Shown piece after piece: positions 9,833-18,693 of a DNA stretch of 64,000 nucleotides. The DNA is from Candidatus Microgenomates bacterium. Its GTDB lineage: Bacteria; Patescibacteriota; Microgenomatia; UBA8517; JACQJR01. Where the stretch lies: assembly GCA_016204995.1 (NCBI GenBank), contig JACQJR010000001.1:473666-537665 (forward strand). Direction: 5' to 3'. Position 1 is the first letter of the stretch; each line of letters starts with the position of its first letter. Below the pieces are notes generated by a model, which saw only the letters and a list, made by a program, of their open reading frames with translations, was not told the DNA's origin and searched no databases. A program made the translations under genes and the position numbers.

Positions 9833-10982
9833 TTGCCCTAGCTTTAATGGCCAAAGGTTGAACGATTTGATTACTAATTTCTACTTGAATCGGGTCGAAT
9901 ATCAAACCTTCTTTCTCTACCATAATTTCATATTGGCCTGGCATTAAAGGGGTGGCGGTTAAAAAGTGGCCGACTTTATTAGTGCGTAAAGCCCGGACTG
10001 GCCGGCCCTCACTGTCTTTAATTTCAATAATGGCCGCTTCAATTACTTTATCTTGGGGATCTATGACTTGGCCAACAATAATGTTGGGAGCAGCCGGAGC
10101 AGGCGGAGGCACAGAGGATATTTCCAGCCTTGGTGCATTTAGACGGGGGCGGCCAGGGCCACGGCGGGGCATCACCTCTGGTCTAAAGACTGGCGATAAT
10201 GGTGAAAAAGGCATAGGCGTAGCACTGGTAAACATGGAAGGAGGATTTTGGGGAGGAGGGGGCGCCACCTGAACCGGTGCATTATAGGGTACAGTAGTCA
10301 CTTTTTGATTGAGCCAGACAGGAATTTGGGTTGGGGGTTGTGGGTTAGGAGTTATGGGTGGAGAAGGTGGGGCGTATTGGGTTTGCAGTGATGGTTCAAT
10401 CGCGGAAGTCTGTGCTGCCTGAACTGGTTCTACCTCTTGGACAGGCTGGACCGATTGGGGTGCCGATGTTGGCCGCAGGCCCTGAGCGGAGTCGAAGGGT
10501 GATTTGACAGTAGGAAATAAAGAAAGCATTTTTTGGAAAAATGATCGTTCTTTTTCTTCCAGGCTAGAAACAGCTGGTTCTTCAGAAGTAGCAGGGGTGG
10601 CTAGATAAATTTCCGCCGCTTGCTCTCCGCCAGGCGTGGCCGCTATTTGCATGACCGAGACCGGCCCGGTTTCCGGCGCAAAGGTGTCAAAAGCGGCTCC
10701 TTTTTGCCAGGCAAATTTAGTAGGAGAATAAATGGCCCGCAAAAAGGCCACAAACCACATTGATAAGGGCCGATCTTCAATCGGCAGGAAAGCAAAGGCG
10801 ACGCCTAAACCGCTAAACAAAAAAATAATTGGCCATTTGATAAAACCGGGTAAAGGCGAAGCGTAAAAAAGCAAAGCCACTAAGGCGCCACCAGCCACTT
10901 GAAAGAACTGCTTTAAGGTCATGTCGCCGACCAAACGGAACTCATAACTGGCAATATTTTGCGGTACCGGGTGCTGCTGCAT
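9828..10982 (-). CDS. Two-TM membrane protein with a proline-rich linker and a C-terminal transthyretin/CarbopepD-regulatory-like beta domain. First gene of the virB4 operon; possible VirB3-like role.
   Basis: N-terminal hairpin of 2 TM helices (GGALVALLFYASPLPGF / IIFLFSGLGVAFAFL). Long P/Q-rich low-complexity segment. C-terminal GQYEIMVEKEGLIFDP motif. Confidence 0.45.
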   Translation of the reverse strand: MQQHPVPQNIASYEFRLVGDMTLKQFFQVAGGALVALLFYASPLPGFIKWPIIFLFSGLGVAFAFLPIEDRPLSMWFVAFLRAIYSPTKFAWQKGAAFDTFAPETGPVSVMQIAATPGGEQAAEIYLATPATSEEPAVSSLEEKERSFFQKMLSLFPTVKSPFDSAQGLRPTSAPQSVQPVQEVEPVQAAQTSAIEPSLQTQYAPPSPPITPNPQPPTQIPVWLNQKVTTVPYNAPVQVAPPPPQNPPSMFTSATPMPFSPLSPVFRPEVMPRRGPGRPRLNAPRLEISSVPPPAPAAPNIIVGQVIDPQDKVIEAAIIEIKDSEGRPVRALRTNKVGHFLTATPLMPGQYEIMVEKEGLIFDPIQVEISNQIVQPLAIKARAN

Positions 10983-10989
10983 AAAAGTT

Positions 10990-11100
10990 TAAAATTCGAA
11001 GCACGAATATCGAAGCTCGAAACAAATTCTAATGTTTTGAATTTTAAATATTTGAAACTTAAATATTGTTTCGGATTTCGGATTTAGGATTTCGTGCTTA
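10990..11100. promoter_or_regulatory. Long imperfect inverted repeat in the divergent intergenic region between the T4SS operon and the methyltransferase gene
   Basis: ttcgaagcacgaatatcgaagctcgaaac ... gtttcggatttcggatttaggatttcgtgcttat. The arms are reverse-complementary over about 30 nt. Confidence 0.4.
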
Positions 11101-11192
11101 TATTCTAAGGTATCATATGAAACGCAAGATGCAAGTTTTGTAAATTTACACGGAAGTTGCGGGTAGAGTACACTTAGGTCATATTTGAGACC

Positions 11193-11723
11193 TTGGGCAT
11201 ATTATTGTTACTCTTAGTGGCTTTATTTTTTATGCTGCCGTATTTGCGCAGCGGCACGAAATTCGGCGCGCCGTTTGTACCAATGGGTAAAGATGTGGTA
11301 GCGCGGGTGATGAAATTAGGAGAAGTAGGTCCGGGTAAAAAGTTTTATGATTTAGGATCAGGTGATGGCCGGTTGGTGATTGCCGCAGCCATGTTGGGAG
11401 CAGAGGCGGTAGGGGTGGAAATTGATGCGATCCGGGTTCTTTATTCAAGGCTGTGGTTAAAAGTGTTGGGTATTAAGAATGCCAGAATTATTAAGGGAAA
11501 TTTGTTTGATCAGGATTTAAGTAGCGCTGATATTGTCAGTCTGTATCTACTAGAAGAAACTAACGAAAAGTTAAAACCCAAACTGGAAGAAGAATTAAAA
11601 CCAGGAACGCCAGTAGTAGCCACCGGTTTTCCTATTCCCGGTTGGAAGCCAATTAAAGTTGATCCCCATGGTCCAGTCTACGGACCGATATACTTTTATA
11701 AAAAGATAAATTCTAAGCACTAA
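11193..11723 (+). CDS. Small class I SAM-dependent methyltransferase (TTG start as drawn in the ORF track)
   Basis: SAM-binding motif I YDLGSGDGRLVIAAAMLGAEAVGVEID, followed by an acidic post-motif II. Confidence 0.55.
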   Translation: MGILLLLLVALFFMLPYLRSGTKFGAPFVPMGKDVVARVMKLGEVGPGKKFYDLGSGDGRLVIAAAMLGAEAVGVEIDAIRVLYSRLWLKVLGIKNARIIKGNLFDQDLSSADIVSLYLLEETNEKLKPKLEEELKPGTPVVATGFPIPGWKPIKVDPHGPVYGPIYFYKKINSKH

Positions 11724-11747
11724 GCCCTAAATTCTAAATAAATTAGA

Positions 11748-12110
11748 ATGATCAAACAGCAAAATTCAAAACAATATGATTTAGAAGAGAGGACGCTAAA
11801 TTTTGCTAAAAGAGTGAGGTTGTTTGTCGTTAAGTTTCCTAAAACAATTAGTAATATTGAAGATGGAAAACAACTAGTAAGATCTTCAGGATCGGTAGGA
11901 GCAAATTATATAGAAGCAAATGAGTCTTTAAGTAAAAAGGATTTTGTAATGAGAATTAAGATTTGTCGCAAAGAAGCAAAAGAAAGTAGGTATTGGTTAT
12001 TGTTAATTGAACCCTTAGAAGAAAATAGAAAAGAAAAAGACGAATTATTACAAGAAGCAATGGAATTAACAAAAATTTTCGGCTCAATTGTAGAAAAATC
12101 TAGAGTTTGA
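11748..12110 (+). CDS. Four-helix-bundle protein (TIGR02436 / 23S rRNA intervening-sequence protein family)
   Basis: 120 aa. Family signature YDLEERT...SSGSVGANYIEAN...KICRKEAKESRYWL. Paralog of 19906..20298. Confidence 0.7.
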   Translation: MIKQQNSKQYDLEERTLNFAKRVRLFVVKFPKTISNIEDGKQLVRSSGSVGANYIEANESLSKKDFVMRIKICRKEAKESRYWLLLIEPLEENRKEKDELLQEAMELTKIFGSIVEKSRV

Positions 12111-12169
12111 AAATTTGTTAAATTTGAAATTGAATATTATTTAGGATTTAGATATTAGAATTTAGGATT

Positions 12170-13120
12170 TTAGAGTGTATCTGCACATGGTTGGCAGATC
12201 TTGCACGGACCTACTTCGCGGCTTTTATTACAGACTCGGCAAACTCCAAAATGCCATCCTTCCTCATGTGTTGCTGTTTTCAAACTGCCATCAGCATTCA
12301 TTTGATAATAATTAAATTCATATCCTTGCATTAATTCTAAATTAGAAATACCGCAGCCAAATTTTTTAGTATCCATTCTCCACCCCATTTCCATCATTTG
12401 TCTTTCTGCCAAAGCTCCAGCCAGTAAATAATCGTAATTAGTTTGGGCTTCACTAATAAGAGAGATTACTGCTTGGGTAATTGAGCGCGCATCTTGTTTG
12501 GCTACTTCCTTAATTTTTTCCGGAGCGGCGGTTTTAATGGCTTGCCAGATTTGGGGTAAGGGAATAAGATTTTCCAAAAAGGTAAATTCGTCATCCGGTC
12601 TGGGAAGGTGAAAAGTCATGCTTCTGATATCTTTAATATTGGTAATCGGCGGATAGGGCATGGGTGATAAATCGGTAATTTTCCTGGCTATGTCTATATA
12701 TTTTTCCTCAATCCATGAATCAATAGGAATGCCCCAACAATTAATAATTTTCCCTGAAAGGGCCCCTTCGGGGTTGGTGGTGCTGATACCAACTACTAAT
12801 CTACCTTCTGGATAGGGTTTAGGCGGGCTGAACCAGATGGCTAGGCTATCTTCTTTTTGGCCTAGAAAATAATTTTTAAACATTAATGCAGCCAGAGCTG
12901 TCTCGCGGTCTAATTCTGTCTCCCAGGCACAACCTTCTACTAAATCTCTATCATTTTCATTAACCAGTTGATCTTGGTTTACCTTTAACTGATAAGGATT
13001 AATTCGTTGATCTGGGGGAACATCATTAACTTCAATTGCGAGAGATGCTAAATCATCCACCAGTTGGAAGGAAGAAGCTTTCTGATATAAACTGGTATCA
13101 AAGGCCAGACGTTCAGCCAT
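12170..13120 (-). CDS. Hypothetical protein with a C-terminal Cys-rich zinc-ribbon-like tail
   Basis: 316 aa, no TM. C-terminus CRVCNKSREVGPCKICQPCADTL (CxxC...CxxC...C). Confidence 0.45.
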   Translation of the reverse strand: MAERLAFDTSLYQKASSFQLVDDLASLAIEVNDVPPDQRINPYQLKVNQDQLVNENDRDLVEGCAWETELDRETALAALMFKNYFLGQKEDSLAIWFSPPKPYPEGRLVVGISTTNPEGALSGKIINCWGIPIDSWIEEKYIDIARKITDLSPMPYPPITNIKDIRSMTFHLPRPDDEFTFLENLIPLPQIWQAIKTAAPEKIKEVAKQDARSITQAVISLISEAQTNYDYLLAGALAERQMMEMGWRMDTKKFGCGISNLELMQGYEFNYYQMNADGSLKTATHEEGWHFGVCRVCNKSREVGPCKICQPCADTL

Positions 13121-13281
13121 AGTTCCTGCTCGGGATAAATTAAGAAGTTGCTAGTTTTCTGGCTATAACAGTTGCGGCACAGCTCCGGAATTACACCGGA
13201 ATTCCTTCAACACAACTTCGTTATTGACTATGTCAAAGATAGAATTGACTGTCAAGGGGGTTTTCGTGTTAAAATGCAGAC

Positions 13282-15681
13282 ATGGATGAAACTGCCCAAG
13301 ATAATCCTATGAGCATAGAACAACCACGATCAATTGAAGAAGCTCAAGTGGCTAAAGCCGTAGAACAGGCTTCTGGTTTTGAGCAGTTCCGCCGCGCCGG
13401 CGAAATAAAATCTCCTGCAGATTTAGCACCAAGTGTCCAGGCGGTGAAAGGTGTAGAAAATATGGCACAACAAGTCGAATCAGATGAAGAGAGGAGTAGG
13501 CGTGAACAAGCAGAAAGAGAGTTTGCGGAGTTAACTCATTTAGAATCGTTAACAGCGGAGCGCTCTTTCAGAAAAATAGAGAGAGCATCAGTAGAGGAGT
13601 TGGAATATTATTCTCCAGAACAAGTAGGGCTTCTTTTCTTAAGAAAAATTGAGAATACATTAGTGGCATTACAGGAATACGGGAAAATGCCTGAAGATTT
13701 TAGATGGGTTTCTCAAAGCGAGTTAAGAGAATTAGAAAAAGTTATCCAAACATTAGAAGAATTACCAACCTCCACTGTTCAGCAAAGAATACGGCAAGGT
13801 TATCCCGAAATAAGGATGGAGCATTTAGTTAAGATGGGAAATGAGCAATTGGGAGATTATATCAAAATAGATCGGGCTTTAAAAATATATCGTAGTTTAC
13901 AGGAAGCGGTTGTTTTAGAGCCCAGAGAATTGAGGCTGCAACAAGCTTTAGAAGCTACTATACTGGTCGCTGCCAAAAAAGAGGGTGTAGAAAGAGAAAA
14001 TAAGGAAGAATCCATTAGTGAGTTGGATAAGTTGGTTAGGCGAAAAGTACAAGATGCGATAAAAGAAACTTTTGGTAGTAGAGCAGAAAAGCTTAAGGCA
14101 TTAGAAAAAGCTATGATTGGTTTTAATCATATTGTAGAGTTTTATGGTGAGGTGCAAAAACCTTTGTCTGCGGAGGTTAGAGAATATCATCATTTTGTAG
14201 GAAATGCTGCTAGAAGGGATAAGGTTGTTCCAACAGGATCTGACTACAAGGGTTTGTTCTTCGCACCCGAGCTTTTGCCTGATACCCCCCCCCTAAGCCA
14301 ATTAATAGAAGGAACATTAAGGCCTTTACTTGATGTAGTAATGGGTGAGGAGGAGAATATGCCCAATATATATATTAGAGAACCATCTGCGGAAAAAAGG
14401 AGACAGCTTTTAGAATTTTTAGAGAATAAATTATTTTATGATCAACATTTAAATGATAAAGAGATTGTTATTGATCCTTCTAAAGAGATGCACAAACATC
14501 TTGCAAATGTAGCTGCTAGGATCGCATTATTATTAATTCATCATTGGGATGTTCATGAATCAGCTGTTTGTGCTGCAGAATATGGTGAAGAAGGCAAGTT
14601 TAAAAAAATTACCGTAGAAACAAGTTACGGTGATCAATACAAAATGCAGTTTCCTGCTGCTAGAGCTATTGGGGAATGGAAAGCATTTCGTTCCCCCTTT
14701 GGCAATCCCGCCTATACCGGAGCAATGTTTGCCCTGACCGATAATTATCTTAAGGTAGTAGCTCCTTTGCTAGAAAGTAATGATGGTATTTCGTTGAGAG
14801 TGTCCTTATGGGATTTAATAAAAACCCATGGTTTTAGTTTAAAAGATGTGCCTTGGCTGGGAGAAGATTTAATAATTGATCCAAATGAGTTAATAATTAA
14901 AGAAGAAAAAGATGAAGGTAAGATAACTGCGCAAAGGCTTCCTTTAAATCTTAGAACTAACCTTCAAAATATTAAATATAGAGGTGAATCCAAAAATTGG
15001 AAGAAGATGACTGGTTTTCGAGAGGATTCGTTAGCAGTACCTTGGGGATTACATCTTGCCTATCTAGGTGCCTTTTATGATGCCATGACCACCACAAATT
15101 TTGCTAAATTACTAGAAAATATGGGCAATGTGGATTTTTGGGATGATTTTAATAAAGGCTTTGATATAGGGTCCAAAATTTATTTAAGTTCTAGGGGTCT
15201 TAACGAAGAAACAATATTTAAATTAATGCTAATTGCCAAAATTAATTTAGTGGCAGGTATAAATGCTGCTATACAAGATAAGCAAATGATTACAGATGTT
15301 GAATTACGTCGTTTGCGGACCAGGCATGGTGGTGGTGCCGGTTTAAGTGAGCAAGAAATCTTTGATGCTATTTTTAAAAGTGGTTTTTTAGCAGAGAGCA
15401 TGAATGTGGTAAAAATTGGCCAAAGTGAATACCCTATAAATATTGATGTTAGAAATTTAATAAATAATGTTAAAAAACAAAAGAGGGGTATTGTTCCAGG
15501 AGATGTATTAATAAAAGATTTGTTTAGTAATATAGAAATACAGCAAATAGAAAATAGTAAAGTCTATAGACCATACCGCTTACATCGTGAAAAAGAGTTT
15601 ACCGATCAAAAAGGAAAAGATCCTCTTTATATTATTGACGCTCTTGAGGATGCTATCGCTAATCCTCTAGATAGGGCTTGA
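13282..15681 (+). CDS. Large hypothetical soluble protein (799 aa) with an acidic coiled-coil N-terminus and no recognisable domain
   Basis: Long uninterrupted ORF with coding-like composition. Divergent from 12170..13120. No TM helices and no known motif found by eye. Confidence 0.5.
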   Translation: MDETAQDNPMSIEQPRSIEEAQVAKAVEQASGFEQFRRAGEIKSPADLAPSVQAVKGVENMAQQVESDEERSRREQAEREFAELTHLESLTAERSFRKIERASVEELEYYSPEQVGLLFLRKIENTLVALQEYGKMPEDFRWVSQSELRELEKVIQTLEELPTSTVQQRIRQGYPEIRMEHLVKMGNEQLGDYIKIDRALKIYRSLQEAVVLEPRELRLQQALEATILVAAKKEGVERENKEESISELDKLVRRKVQDAIKETFGSRAEKLKALEKAMIGFNHIVEFYGEVQKPLSAEVREYHHFVGNAARRDKVVPTGSDYKGLFFAPELLPDTPPLSQLIEGTLRPLLDVVMGEEENMPNIYIREPSAEKRRQLLEFLENKLFYDQHLNDKEIVIDPSKEMHKHLANVAARIALLLIHHWDVHESAVCAAEYGEEGKFKKITVETSYGDQYKMQFPAARAIGEWKAFRSPFGNPAYTGAMFALTDNYLKVVAPLLESNDGISLRVSLWDLIKTHGFSLKDVPWLGEDLIIDPNELIIKEEKDEGKITAQRLPLNLRTNLQNIKYRGESKNWKKMTGFREDSLAVPWGLHLAYLGAFYDAMTTTNFAKLLENMGNVDFWDDFNKGFDIGSKIYLSSRGLNEETIFKLMLIAKINLVAGINAAIQDKQMITDVELRRLRTRHGGGAGLSEQEIFDAIFKSGFLAESMNVVKIGQSEYPINIDVRNLINNVKKQKRGIVPGDVLIKDLFSNIEIQQIENSKVYRPYRLHREKEFTDQKGKDPLYIIDALEDAIANPLDRA

Positions 15682-15707
15682 AAATCGTTTTTATTTAATT
15701 ACCTAAC

Positions 15708-17093
15708 CTATCCAAAGAATCTTCTTGTTACACCTTGTGTTATACCGCCCAAAGCTTGTTGGATTTGTGCTTGAGCTTGGGGTAGTTGTATAGGAATAGG
15801 TTTCGTGCCAAGTAGTTGATTAATTATATCTGGTATAGTAGGCAGAAGCATAACAGCTCCTAATCCAATCATACCCTGAATTATAGTTGCTCCTCCTCCT
15901 ACGTAAGGGGGTGTCCATAATGCTCCTCCTGCTTGTCCTACTAACTCAATTAAAACTCCGGTTAAAAAAATAATTATTCCAACTGTTGGAAAAACAAGAA
16001 CATTTGCTAAAACTCCTCTTAACCATGAATTCCATATTCCTTCTCCGCGTATAGCTCCCCACAGTATAAAAAGAGGAGCTAGTATAAGGTAAAATAATAG
16101 AAGTAGATAGGATCTAGCAAGAGCGAATAATACGCGAATAAGAAAGAATAAAACTGCGAGTATAAGCATAAGTAGAACTGGTAAAAATGGACTGGCAACC
16201 GCCCCAATCGCTTGCCCTAGAGTAAGTACGGTGCCAGCGGCTGAAGGTATTTTTGTCAATAGTAATACTACAGCTGCTAGTATGCCAGCTATTGCCGCTC
16301 CAATACCTGCCGATAGTCCCCCTAATCCTTGAGCAATATTCCAAGCCCCCCCCATTCCTTGGCTAGAGATGAATCCTATTGTTTGGGCAAAACCCGCTGA
16401 TGTATATTCCTGATATCTAGCTGAGGGATCAATTATGACAGTGAGACCTGTAGAGTGTAAACCAAATACCAGTAAGCCAAAGCCCAAGTATGTCAGATCG
16501 ATTATAAATCCCACAATAGCATAAGAGAATGTTACAAATATGAGGGCTATAACAATACGAGGTAAAGCTGATTGTATGGTGATAACTGCTTGAGGGGAAA
16601 TCTTAGTGCGTAGCATAATAGCTACACCAAAACCTACTGCTGCTATCACGAAAAGTAAGTAGGTAAAATTCCTGGTGGCACTCCAAGCCATTTGAAATGG
16701 GTTAATAGCATTAAAGCCAAATCCGGTTTGGGCGTAAGCTGGTTGAACTATATTCATTCGTCGTCCCAGATCTGCTAGGTAACTCACGCCCGAGGCTGGT
16801 GGGTGTGTAACCATGCCTGCTATAGCGTTTCCGGTAGCAGGTATAGCGCCTATTTTCAACTCATCTGGACAGGTTTCATTAGCACACCCTACTAACATAG
16901 TTGTTAATCCTCCCATTAATCCTGTTAGGCTTTGGAAATCAAAGCTTTCTTTGTTATATTGATTCTTTGATATATTTAGCTGGAAATCTCCTAAATTAAG
17001 AGTGCCAATAGTTGCATAGGCAGGTGAGGTTGTGAACAAGAGTCCAAAAATAAAGATTAAAATAATTACTTTCCAGTTTTTAAGAATATTCAT
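15708..17093 (-). CDS. Polytopic membrane protein, VirB6/TrbL-like candidate of the T4SS-like locus
   Basis: 461 aa. Signal peptide (FTTSPAYA), a periplasmic segment, then at least 6 hydrophobic helices rich in G/A/L. Confidence 0.45.
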   Translation of the reverse strand: MNILKNWKVIILIFIFGLLFTTSPAYATIGTLNLGDFQLNISKNQYNKESFDFQSLTGLMGGLTTMLVGCANETCPDELKIGAIPATGNAIAGMVTHPPASGVSYLADLGRRMNIVQPAYAQTGFGFNAINPFQMAWSATRNFTYLLFVIAAVGFGVAIMLRTKISPQAVITIQSALPRIVIALIFVTFSYAIVGFIIDLTYLGFGLLVFGLHSTGLTVIIDPSARYQEYTSAGFAQTIGFISSQGMGGAWNIAQGLGGLSAGIGAAIAGILAAVVLLLTKIPSAAGTVLTLGQAIGAVASPFLPVLLMLILAVLFFLIRVLFALARSYLLLLFYLILAPLFILWGAIRGEGIWNSWLRGVLANVLVFPTVGIIIFLTGVLIELVGQAGGALWTPPYVGGGATIIQGMIGLGAVMLLPTIPDIINQLLGTKPIPIQLPQAQAQIQQALGGITQGVTRRFFG

Positions 17094-17135
17094 GCTTTAA
17101 TTATACATTGTCAATTTTCAATTATGAATTAGCTG

Positions 17136-18578
17136 TTATCTACTAACTTCATCATACCAGTTTTTTAAGTTGTTGACAAAGTTGGGGTTATTAGCACAGA
17201 TTGGTTGAACTTGGGGACCGCAGAAATATTTCATCCATTCGGTAAAGTCGTTAGGATGTTCTATAGAAGTGAAATTTATAAAGCAGTTTAATGATTTATC
17301 AAAGGGTACGCGTTGACTAGTATCGCCGTTAGGAAAACAGCCAAATTCACTGTATCCTCCAGTGACCGGGATAGCGCCGCCGGCTGCACTTTCTTCAATC
17401 CAAATAGCCATGGTAAAAGCCGGATTGACGCCAGCTGATCGGGACCGGCTGACAACAGTATCCCAATAATCAAAAATTTTACTGTTGGGCCAATTTTGTA
17501 AAACCCGCTGGATTAATCTTTGTTTAGTCTCATTAGAAATAATAAAATTGGCATCGCGATAGGGAAGAGTATAAGTTAAACCAGTGCCGGTATTGGTGGT
17601 AGTACCGCCATTGTCAGTAGTCCCGCCAGAACTTACTAAATATTGCAGTTCTTGGGGATAAAGAGATTGTTTAAGTAAAGTTTCCCCTTGCCTGGCTCCG
17701 GCCACGCCTCTAAAGGCAATTTTTATATCTTTAGTATCATTGCCTATAGCATAGTCTGTGTTTACTAATTCATCTACTTGTTTAGGGCATAAATTTTCTG
17801 GACAGAAGCTTCTTAGAAAACCCATTTCTTCTGATGTTTGTCTGGCAAATGCTGCTTCTCCTTGAAGGAACTTTTGAGGCTTGATAATGACTGAGGCGAC
17901 TTGGGATTGTCCAGGTAAGAAACCCTTGACGATCTCAATAATTTTTTCCAACCAACTAAATTTAACATTAGTGAAAGTTCCATGTGTTTCGGTATCAACA
18001 CTACTATTTGAAGTAATTCCGGCTAATTCGGGAGGGCAATTAGGAAGTTCCTGGTTTCCATCAGGAATGGAGGAGGGAGAATTTGGCAAAGATAATTCTA
18101 CATCGGAAGAATTGCCTGGTACACCAATGGCTTGATTTAATTTAGTGGCACCAATTAATTTAGACCAATAATCCGGCGCAGAGAATTCTTTACTACCCTT
18201 AGCTTCTGCAGATTTTTCTCCTTGAGTTTTGCAGCCGGGGTTATAAATGACTCCTTTTAAATTTGTATTTGCTTCTGGTAATTTTAGTTTTTGTAGCTGG
18301 TCATCTGGTAATAAAAAGGGTAAGGCTCGGGTAGCAGTATTAGTTAAGTCATTAAGGTCAGGAAACTTTACCTTATCCCTGGGTCCGACATTAACTTCTG
18401 TGGGAGGATGTTTAACTGTAACCGCCCCTGGTGTGCCTTCAGCTACCACACTATCTCCCAAGGGTATGTTTTCTCCGAAGGTGGGAGTGTCAGCGCTCGT
18501 ATCAATTTCTTCAGCATAAACAGGAATGGTAAGCAGTAGGCAATAAGTAATAAGCGATAAAATAAATAAGAAGCGCAT
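17136..18578 (-). CDS. Secreted protein with a C-terminal lytic-transglycosylase-like (VirB1-like) region
   Basis: 480 aa with a signal peptide. The C-terminal AGVNPAFTMAIWIEESAAGG resembles the SLT motif V.P.L..AIA..ES. Confidence 0.4.
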   Translation of the reverse strand: MRFLFILSLITYCLLLTIPVYAEEIDTSADTPTFGENIPLGDSVVAEGTPGAVTVKHPPTEVNVGPRDKVKFPDLNDLTNTATRALPFLLPDDQLQKLKLPEANTNLKGVIYNPGCKTQGEKSAEAKGSKEFSAPDYWSKLIGATKLNQAIGVPGNSSDVELSLPNSPSSIPDGNQELPNCPPELAGITSNSSVDTETHGTFTNVKFSWLEKIIEIVKGFLPGQSQVASVIIKPQKFLQGEAAFARQTSEEMGFLRSFCPENLCPKQVDELVNTDYAIGNDTKDIKIAFRGVAGARQGETLLKQSLYPQELQYLVSSGGTTDNGGTTTNTGTGLTYTLPYRDANFIISNETKQRLIQRVLQNWPNSKIFDYWDTVVSRSRSAGVNPAFTMAIWIEESAAGGAIPVTGGYSEFGCFPNGDTSQRVPFDKSLNCFINFTSIEHPNDFTEWMKYFCGPQVQPICANNPNFVNNLKNWYDEVSR

Positions 18579-18579
18579 G

Positions 18580-18693
18580 TTTTAAATTTCTAATTACTAA
18601 TTTTTAATTTCTAATCAAATTCCAAGATTGGGAAATTTCCCCAATTAGGATTTATTTAGATTAATTAGAATAATTAGGTCAATTAGGTTAATT
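18580..18693. repeat. Full intergenic repeat unit (module A + module B)
   Basis: taaatttctaattactaatttttaatttctaatcaaattccaagattgggaaatttcc...ttaattagaataattaggtcaattaggttaattct. Confidence 0.65.

Noticed and set aside
5707-10272. Antisense or alternative-frame ORFs within the M23 peptidase, virB4 and the Pro-rich gene (5707..6021, 7051..7236, 7746..8042, 8608..9110, 9952..10272)
   Set aside because: All lie inside longer ORFs with strong domain evidence. Typical shadow ORFs.
11193-11723. Small methyltransferase considered as part of a restriction-modification system
   Set aside because: Generic class I SAM-binding fold, 176 aa, without DPPY/DPPW or target-recognition motifs. No adjacent nuclease.
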